Part shown: positions 33,991 through 40,354 of the stretch, in pieces
Position numbering within the stretch: position 1 is the stretch's first letter
How the letters are laid out: each line of letters begins with the position of its first letter
DNA from: Synergistaceae bacterium
GTDB lineage: Bacteria > Synergistota > Synergistia > Synergistales > 79-D21
NCBI GenBank assembly: GCA_029267465.1
Contig: JAJUIT010000003.1
Location: forward strand, 1-40,354
Length of the DNA: 40,354 nt
Direction of reading: 5' to 3'
Program-made: the position numbers and the translations under genes
The notes under the pieces: model-generated
Told to the model about the DNA's origin: nothing
The model's input: only the letters and a program-made list of their open reading frames with translations
Databases searched by the model: none

Positions 33991-35147
33991 CCGGCTTTCT
34001 CCGCTTCCTATCCATTGCCCTCGGCGTGTACGCCCTCACGAACGTCTACATCCTGCGCCGGGCCTTTCAGGGCCTGGCTGGCCTCGGATGGCCCGAAAGC
34101 CTCCTTCGGCTTCTCCTGCTTTTCTGGGTCCTGGCCTTTCCGGCCGGAAGGATCTCAGAACGGGTTCTCCCCTGGGCGGGTTTCTCCAGGTTTCTCGTGC
34201 TGACGGGGTCCTTCTACCTCGGGGTGATGGCTACCTCTCTTTTCCTTTTCCTCGGGTGCGATGTTGCCCTTTTGGCCGGAAGGGCATTCCCCGCAATGCC
34301 CCTTTTCGGGCACAGCGGGCCGGTTCCCGTATCCATCCGGAGGGGAGTGCTCCTTTTCGTGGCCCTTGCCACCACCGTGATCGTGATTGCCGGAACCCTC
34401 AACTCCCTTTTTCCCAGGACGCGGGAAGCCGTGGTCGAGTTCTCGCGGGGCTGGGGGAAGCCGCTGCGGGTGGTTTATTTCTCGGATCTCCACATGGGAC
34501 CGCTCGTGGGAAACGGGCGGGTCAGGGACCTGGTGAAACGGGTTAACGCCCTGAAACCCGATCTCGTCCTGCTCGGGGGAGACATCGTGGATGAAGACGT
34601 GTCCAGGCTGGCGGAAGAAAAGATGGCGGAAGCCCTCGGCCAGCTCTCCCCGCGCATCGGCTGCTTCGCGGTGTCGGGCAACCACGAATATTACGCGGGA
34701 GAGAAAGAAGCGGTATCCTATCTGGAGAGCGCGGGAATCCGGGTGCTTCGGGACGAGGCTGTCACGGTCGAGGGGCGTCTCGTGATCGCGGGCAGGAAAG
34801 ACCGGGCCTCGGTCCGGTTCGGGGAAAAGCGAAAGCCGCTTCTGGAACTCCTGAAGGAGGTGCCGGGGAACTTGCCCGTGCTCCTTCTGGACCACCAGCC
34901 GGTGAGCCTGAAGGAGGCAGAAGCGGCCGGAGTCGACCTTCAGCTGTCCGGGCACACGCACAACGGACAGCTTTTTCCCTTCAACCTGGTGACTGGACGC
35001 CTCTTCGAAGTCAGCCGGGGCTGGAAGGTCCTGGGGAGGACGACCGTTCTTGTTTCCAGCGGCGTGGGCACCTGGGGCCCACCCATGAGGACCAGCGCCG
35101 CCCCGGAAATCTGGTTCCTGGAGCTTCGCTTCCCCGGCGAATCCTGA
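33987..35147 (+). CDS. Membrane-anchored calcineurin-like metallophosphoesterase (YkuE-like)
   Basis: N-terminal TMs. SDLH, GGDIVD, GNHEYY, LLDHQP, SGHTHNGQ, GTWGPPMR. ATGA overlap. Confidence 0.92.
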   Translation: MTGFLRFLSIALGVYALTNVYILRRAFQGLAGLGWPESLLRLLLLFWVLAFPAGRISERVLPWAGFSRFLVLTGSFYLGVMATSLFLFLGCDVALLAGRAFPAMPLFGHSGPVPVSIRRGVLLFVALATTVIVIAGTLNSLFPRTREAVVEFSRGWGKPLRVVYFSDLHMGPLVGNGRVRDLVKRVNALKPDLVLLGGDIVDEDVSRLAEEKMAEALGQLSPRIGCFAVSGNHEYYAGEKEAVSYLESAGIRVLRDEAVTVEGRLVIAGRKDRASVRFGEKRKPLLELLKEVPGNLPVLLLDHQPVSLKEAEAAGVDLQLSGHTHNGQLFPFNLVTGRLFEVSRGWKVLGRTTVLVSSGVGTWGPPMRTSAAPEIWFLELRFPGES

Positions 35148-35177
35148 CAACAACGGAAGTTTCAAGGAGGGGACACC

Positions 35178-35384
35178 ATGGAAAATCTCTACGCCCTTTT
35201 CCGCGTCTCCGGCGCGGCCGCCGTCTTTTTCCTTGCGAGCGCCGCCGCCAGCGGGTTCTGGGGATCGGCAGTCAGGAAACGACTCGGGCCGCAGGGTGCG
35301 ATGAAGCTCCATCGGGGACTCGGCCTGGCAGGCGTCGTCTTTGGAGCCCTTCACGCACTGATCTACTGGGTCTTTCTCCGGTAG
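35178..35384 (+). CDS. Small two-TM hypothetical membrane protein (68 aa)
   Basis: Strong AAGGAGGGG RBS. Two hydrophobic helices, KLHR...ALHA. Fills the gap between neighbours. Confidence 0.75.
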   Translation: MENLYALFRVSGAAAVFFLASAAASGFWGSAVRKRLGPQGAMKLHRGLGLAGVVFGALHALIYWVFLR

Positions 35385-35397
35385 GGCCGCTCCTCCG

Positions 35398-36261
35398 ATG
35401 AAAAAGCACCACCTAGCCCTTCTCTCCTTCCTTTCTCTCCTTGTCTTCTGGGGTTCGGGTTTTTTGGCCATCCGTATCGGCCTGGAGGGATTCCCTCCGT
35501 TCTTCTTCATGGCCTCCCGTTTCCTGATCGGCGGATCCCTCCTCTTCGCCGTGCTGGCCGCCCGGGGGTACCGGCTGCCGAGACCCCGGGAGTGGGGATT
35601 CGCCTTTCTCGAGGGCCTGCTTTTGATGGTGGGAGGAGGCGGAGCCCTCGCCTACGCCCAGCGTTCGATCGGGTCGGGCTTGGCCGCGGTGGGGATCGCC
35701 ACCGTTCCGATCTGGACCGCGCTCTTTTCCGGCCTTTTCGGCCAGTGGCCAAGCCGGATGGAATGGGCCGGGATCGGCATCGGGTTCGCCGGGGTCCTCC
35801 TGCTGAACCTGAAAGGGGAACTTCGGGCGGATCCTACCGGAGCCCTCCTGCTTTTCACGAGTGCGGTCACCTGGGCGTTCGGCTCCATCCTGAGCCGCCG
35901 CCTTCCCCTGCCAAGGGGACTCATGGCCGCGGCTTCCGAAATGCTGGCAGGAGGGCTGGCGTTGATTCCCCTCGGGTATTTCCTGGGGGAACGCCTCACG
36001 GGGCTGCCGCCGCTGCGGCCGCTCTTGGGACTCCTTTACATCGCGATCCCCGGATCCGCCATCGCATTCGGGGCTTACACCTACCTCCTTCAGAACGTCC
36101 GTCCCGCCCTCGCAACGAGCTACACTTACATCAACCCCGCCATCGCCCTGGGGCTCGGCGTCCTGCTGGCGGGTGAACGAATCACCCGAACCGAGATCGC
36201 CGCGGTCGGGGCCATTCTCTGCGGCATCGCGGTGATCGTCCTCAGTCGCAAGCAGCGATGA
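35398..36261 (+). CDS. yedA: Drug/metabolite (EamA) exporter, YedA-like
   Basis: WGSGFLAIRIG, FPPF, SGLAA...ATVP, WAFGS, AYTYLL.NVRPALATSYTYINP. Confidence 0.85.
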   Translation: MKKHHLALLSFLSLLVFWGSGFLAIRIGLEGFPPFFFMASRFLIGGSLLFAVLAARGYRLPRPREWGFAFLEGLLLMVGGGGALAYAQRSIGSGLAAVGIATVPIWTALFSGLFGQWPSRMEWAGIGIGFAGVLLLNLKGELRADPTGALLLFTSAVTWAFGSILSRRLPLPRGLMAAASEMLAGGLALIPLGYFLGERLTGLPPLRPLLGLLYIAIPGSAIAFGAYTYLLQNVRPALATSYTYINPAIALGLGVLLAGERITRTEIAAVGAILCGIAVIVLSRKQR

Positions 36262-36328
36262 GCTCCATCCGGCAAAAGGCTTAAGGTTCTGTTTTTTCGG
36301 AGGCACTCCCAGAACTGGAAAAGGAGGA

Positions 36329-38011
36329 ATGAACTTGATGCTCAGGAACACCCCCGAAGCGATCTACGATCTCACGCTCGACCTGGTAAAAATCCCGAGC
36401 TTCTCTGCCACGCCGGGCGAGCGACTCTGCGCTGACCGGATCTGCGAACACCTTTCCACGCTTTCGGCGTTTCGGAAGCACCCCGAAGACCTCCGCCGGA
36501 TCCCGGTTCCCGGCAGCCCCCACGGAAGCACGGCGATCATGGCCCTCGTCCGGGCAGAGCCTCCCACCCCCAGGACCGTTATCCTGGAAGGGCACTTCGA
36601 CGTCGTCGATATCGAGGTTTACGGCCCCCTGAAGGATGTCGCCCTGGATGCAGAGGCCTGCACCCGCCGCATGAAGGAAATGCCCCTTCCCGAGGAAGCC
36701 CGCCGGGACCTCGAGTCGGGCAACTACCTCTTCGGGCGCGGGGTCATGGACATGAAGTTCGGCCTGGCGATGGCCATGTGTCTCCTGGCCGAAGCCTCGG
36801 AAAATCCCGGGGCCTTCGGGGTGAACCTCATGCTGATGGCCGTCCCGGACGAGGAAAACAACTCCGCCGGGATGCGGGCCGCGCTCAGCGCCCTTGCTGG
36901 CGCCCAGGACGAGGGACTGGACCTGCTGGGCTGCATCATGGTGGAACCTTCCGACCCTGGTTTTATCGGCGGCAACGGCCGCGTCGTATCTTTCGGGACG
37001 GTGGGAAAAATCATGCCGTTCGTCCTGGTCATGGGCAAGGAGGCCCATGGGTCGGAATACTTCGACGGCATCAACGCCAACCTGATCCTGGCGCACCTGA
37101 ACCTCCTCCTGGAGGGAAACCCGGAGCTGGCGGACATCAAGGGAGAGGAGCACTATCCCCCCATGGCCTGCCTAAAGCAGAAAGACCTCAGGGAAGCCTA
37201 TTCCATCACCCTCCCGGAACGCGCCTGCGCTTACTACAGCCTGATCACCACCTGCCACACGCCGGAAAGCCTGCTTGCCCGGATCGATGAAGCCGCGGCC
37301 GAAGCCCTCCAGAGAAGCGCGGAGCACCTGGACCGGTGTAAACGGGCCTTCGCGGAGCGGGCGAACCTGCCGGGGTGGCCTCCCACCCCGAGAGGCCGGG
37401 TCATTCGGTACGCGGACCTTTTTGAATCGGCGAAGAGAGCTTTCGGGGCTGCCCTGGAAACGCACCTGAAGGATTTCCTCGAGAACCTGCCCGGCTCGAT
37501 GGACGAACGGGAAAAAGGAATCGCCCTGGTGAACGAGGTCCTGACGATCTCGGGGGAAAAGGGGCCCCTGGCGGTGACGGGCTTCATGCCTCCCTTCTAC
37601 CCCTACCGGACCAATTTCCGGGCCACCGAAAAGGAGAGGGTCTTCGCGGCCATCGGGGATGCCGTCGTGGAGGAAGCCAGGAAAACGTTCGGAGAAACCC
37701 TGCACAAAAACGAGCATTTCGGAGGAGTTTCTGACCTGAGCTACCTGGGATTCCAGGGAAATCCCGCCGACTTGGAGGCGCTTCGCCAGAACCTGCCCGG
37801 CTGGGGGATTCTCTACGGCCTCCCCGTGGAAGACCTGCTGAAACTGGATATCCCTGCCCTGAACATCGGCCCTTCCGGCAAGGATGCCCATAAAATGACC
37901 GAGCGCCTGGAACTGGGGTATTCCCTGAGGGTCGCTCCGAAACTCCTGCGGTCGGCCGTCGTCCGGCTCGGTTCATACGGATGGGAAGGAGGAGACAGGG
38001 CCCATGACTGA
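36329..38011 (+). CDS. M20/M25/M40 family metallohydrolase, RocB-like
   Basis: GHFDVV, GRGVMDMK, PDEE, VEP, GTVGK, GVSDLSY, IGPSGKDAHKMTER. Confidence 0.9.
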   Translation: MNLMLRNTPEAIYDLTLDLVKIPSFSATPGERLCADRICEHLSTLSAFRKHPEDLRRIPVPGSPHGSTAIMALVRAEPPTPRTVILEGHFDVVDIEVYGPLKDVALDAEACTRRMKEMPLPEEARRDLESGNYLFGRGVMDMKFGLAMAMCLLAEASENPGAFGVNLMLMAVPDEENNSAGMRAALSALAGAQDEGLDLLGCIMVEPSDPGFIGGNGRVVSFGTVGKIMPFVLVMGKEAHGSEYFDGINANLILAHLNLLLEGNPELADIKGEEHYPPMACLKQKDLREAYSITLPERACAYYSLITTCHTPESLLARIDEAAAEALQRSAEHLDRCKRAFAERANLPGWPPTPRGRVIRYADLFESAKRAFGAALETHLKDFLENLPGSMDEREKGIALVNEVLTISGEKGPLAVTGFMPPFYPYRTNFRATEKERVFAAIGDAVVEEARKTFGETLHKNEHFGGVSDLSYLGFQGNPADLEALRQNLPGWGILYGLPVEDLLKLDIPALNIGPSGKDAHKMTERLELGYSLRVAPKLLRSAVVRLGSYGWEGGDRAHD

Positions 38012-39722
38012 AAACACCGTGTTCGACAACCTTCCCTCCTCGGCGGAAGCGGTGTTCGACTGGAAGTGGGGCCAGGCTGAACCTTACTACGCCGAGCTTT
38101 CTACCCGCCAGCTGAAGGAAGAGTCGATTCCGGGCTGGCTGACCGACTGGACCCGTGTTTCCTCCCTCATCGGGGAGGCCCTGGAAAAACTCCACGTGGC
38201 CACGACCTTGGACACCGCGGACAAGGATCTCGAACACCGCTACCACGCGTTCCTGGAAGAGATGCTCCCTCCCCTGGAAGCCGCAGAACAAAAGCTCAGG
38301 AAGAGGCTGCTGGAATCGGGCTTTGAAACCGAAAGCCTTCAGGTCCCCCTTCGCGGCCTCAGGGCGGATGCCGAACTTTACCGGGAGGAAAACATCCCCC
38401 TCCTTGTGGAGGAGCAGAAACTCGATTCGGAGTACGCCCGCATCGCCGGGGCCCAGACGGTGGTCTGGAAGGGGGAAGAAAAGACGCTCCAGCAGATGCA
38501 GCCTCTTTACCAGGAAACGGACAGGTCGGTCCGTGAGTCTGCCTGGCGTCTCGTGGCCGAAAGGCAGCTTCAGGACCGGCAGGCAATCGGAGATCTCTGG
38601 GGCCGGTTTCTCGATCTCCGGCTTGAAATTTCCCGCAACGCCGGCTTCTCGAACTACCGCGATTACCGATGGAAGGCCCTGCACCGTTTCGACTACACCC
38701 CCGCCGATTGCAGGAGATTCCGGGATGCCATCGAATCCGAAGTGGTCCCGGCCGCGACGGCCCTTTACGAGGCCCGCCGCAGAAAGCTTGGCCTGGACCG
38801 CCTGCGCCCGTGGGACCTTTCCGTCGACCCCCTGCTGCGGCCGCCCCTTCGCCCCTACTCAGGGGCCGAGGCCCTTGAATCGGGGGTCGAGTCCGTTTTC
38901 AAAGCCCTTGATCCCACGCTGGCCGAAGCCTTTTCCCGCATGCGCCGGTGGGGATCCCTCGACCTGGAAAGCCGAAAGGGGAAAGCACCAGGCGGGTACT
39001 GCACCTTCTTTGCGGTCGAGAAAAAACCCTTCATCTTCATGAACGGGGTTGGACTGCACGACGATGTTCAAACCCTCCTCCACGAGTCCGGGCACGCCTT
39101 CCACTTCATGGAAACGGCCCGCTGGCCCTGGACCCTCCAATGGAACGTGGGGGTGGAATTCGCGGAAGTGGCTTCCATGGCGATGGAGCTTTTGGCCCTG
39201 CCGTTTTTGCCAGCGGCAAAAGGGGGATTCTACCGGACGGAAGACGCCGAACGGGCCCTAACGGAACACCTTGAGTCCGTCATCACTCTCTGGCCCTACA
39301 TCGCCGTCGTGGACGCCTTCCAGCACTGGGTTTACGACAATCCCGAACAGGCCCGGGGAATGGAATCCTGCGATGAGGAATGGGAACGTCTCTGGAGGCG
39401 CTTCATGCCGGGAATCGATTACTCCGGCTTCGAGGAAACCCTCAAAACGGGCTGGCAGCGGAAACTGCACATCCACCAGATTCCTTTCTACTACATTGAA
39501 TACGGGATGGCACAGCTCGCTTCGGTTCAGATCTGGAAGAACTCGCTGAAAGATCAAAACCGAGCGCTGGCCGACTACCGGAAAGGACTTTCCCTGGGCG
39601 GGACGGTTAGCCTGCTGGATCTTTATGCCGCCGCGGGGGCCCGTTTTCGTTTCGACCGGCCGGCCCTCAGGGAAGCCGTGGACCAGGTCATGGGAGTTCT
39701 CCGCCAACACGGCACGGTTTGA
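38004..39722 (+). CDS. M3 family oligoendopeptidase
   Basis: LRPWD, RKGKAPGGYC, LLHESGHAFH (HExxH), AEVASMAME, DAFQHW, HIHQIPFYYIEY. Confidence 0.95.
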   Translation: MTENTVFDNLPSSAEAVFDWKWGQAEPYYAELSTRQLKEESIPGWLTDWTRVSSLIGEALEKLHVATTLDTADKDLEHRYHAFLEEMLPPLEAAEQKLRKRLLESGFETESLQVPLRGLRADAELYREENIPLLVEEQKLDSEYARIAGAQTVVWKGEEKTLQQMQPLYQETDRSVRESAWRLVAERQLQDRQAIGDLWGRFLDLRLEISRNAGFSNYRDYRWKALHRFDYTPADCRRFRDAIESEVVPAATALYEARRRKLGLDRLRPWDLSVDPLLRPPLRPYSGAEALESGVESVFKALDPTLAEAFSRMRRWGSLDLESRKGKAPGGYCTFFAVEKKPFIFMNGVGLHDDVQTLLHESGHAFHFMETARWPWTLQWNVGVEFAEVASMAMELLALPFLPAAKGGFYRTEDAERALTEHLESVITLWPYIAVVDAFQHWVYDNPEQARGMESCDEEWERLWRRFMPGIDYSGFEETLKTGWQRKLHIHQIPFYYIEYGMAQLASVQIWKNSLKDQNRALADYRKGLSLGGTVSLLDLYAAAGARFRFDRPALREAVDQVMGVLRQHGTV

Positions 39723-39811
39723 CCGGAAAAGATTTTCGGTTTATCGTTTCATTGTATGGAATTCGATCGTTTTCAAGTTTCGGTTCAATTTGACCAAAGG
39801 AGATGAACGAA

Positions 39812-40354
39812 ATGGTTTTCGACGAAAAGGCCTGTGCCCGGTGCCGGGCGGATTTCCCTTCCCTTTCCAGGGTTCATAACGGTTTCCCGCTAGCCTACCT
39901 GGACGGACCCGGTGGAACCCAGGTGCCGCAGAAGGTGATCGATGCCGTTTCCTGGTATTACAAGACCTGCAACGCCAACACCCACGGGATGTTCATCACG
40001 ACCAACGAGTCTGATGCCGCCATCCAGGAAACCCGCGAAACCGTCGCGGCTTTTCTCGGCGCTCCCGACTGGCGGTGCATTTCCTTCGGCCACAACATGA
40101 CGACGCTGAACTTCTCCCTGAGCCACGCGCTGGTCCGCGAAATGAAACCGGGCGACGAGATCGTCATCACCGAACTCGATCACGAGGCCAACCGGGGTCC
40201 CTGGCTAAACCTCGCCGAACGGGGCATCATCGTGAAGGAGGTCAAGCTGCTGTCCTCGGGCCGGCTGGATTACACCGACATGGCAGCAAAGATCACGCCG
40301 AGGACCCGCCTCGTTGCCATGGGATTCTCTTCCAACGCCCTCGGCACCATCAAC
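39812..40354 (+). CDS. Cysteine desulfurase-like protein (class V aminotransferase), 5' part, truncated by the window end
   Basis: Not in the ORF track because it has no stop in the window. AAGGAG RBS, ATG 39812. Reads MVFDEK...RADFPSL...AYLDGPGGTQVP...NANTHG...FGHNMTTL...GDEIVITELDHEANRGPW...SNALGTIN. Confidence 0.9.
   Translation, partial: MVFDEKACARCRADFPSLSRVHNGFPLAYLDGPGGTQVPQKVIDAVSWYYKTCNANTHGMFITTNESDAAIQETRETVAAFLGAPDWRCISFGHNMTTLNFSLSHALVREMKPGDEIVITELDHEANRGPWLNLAERGIIVKEVKLLSSGRLDYTDMAAKITPRTRLVAMGFSSNALGTIN

Noticed and set aside
1-40354. CRISPR arrays, tRNA/rRNA genes, IS elements, integrases, prophage
   Set aside because: No spaced direct repeats or transposase/integrase motifs were seen, and the intergenic gaps (at most about 300 bp) show no RNA-gene features by eye. 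A covariance-model search was not possible.

Overview
GC-rich bacterial chromosomal segment, densely coding, with no rRNA/tRNA, CRISPR array or mobile element that I can support. Gene content (amino-acid/peptide catabolism, a type II secretion system with an outer-membrane secretin, a Gly-rich/Cys/TM/basic C-terminal sorting tag) suggests a diderm anaerobe, most likely Synergistota; this is inference. Two blocks stand out. (1) 13050-26325: a divergently arranged locus with a myxosortase-like CPBP intramembrane protease and an atypical Lgt-family diacylglyceryl transferase on the - strand. On the + strand is a subtilase ending in a GGGGGGG-C-TM-KRKK tag, whose stop overlaps the first gene of a rearranged T2SS operon (J-K-L-M-N-C-I-D-E-F-G). 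Together they look like a self-contained C-terminal cleavage/lipidation/surface-display pathway. (2) 3931-12984: a GntR/FadR-headed operon with an HD hydrolase, two LeuC/LeuD-type Fe-S hydro-lyase pairs (the first lacks conserved active-site His residues), a predicted NADP-type beta-decarboxylating dehydrogenase and citrate-lyase-like citDEF, i.e. an unassigned tricarboxylate pathway. Other genes: an exported rhodanese-AMIN protein lacking the catalytic Cys, a ThrRS-domain nucleoside kinase, an MrfA/MrfB-like helicase-exonuclease pair, PMM/PGM, an Isf-like flavoprotein, transporters, RocB-like M20 and M3 peptidases, and partial genes at both edges. All calls come from motif reading; no database search was run.
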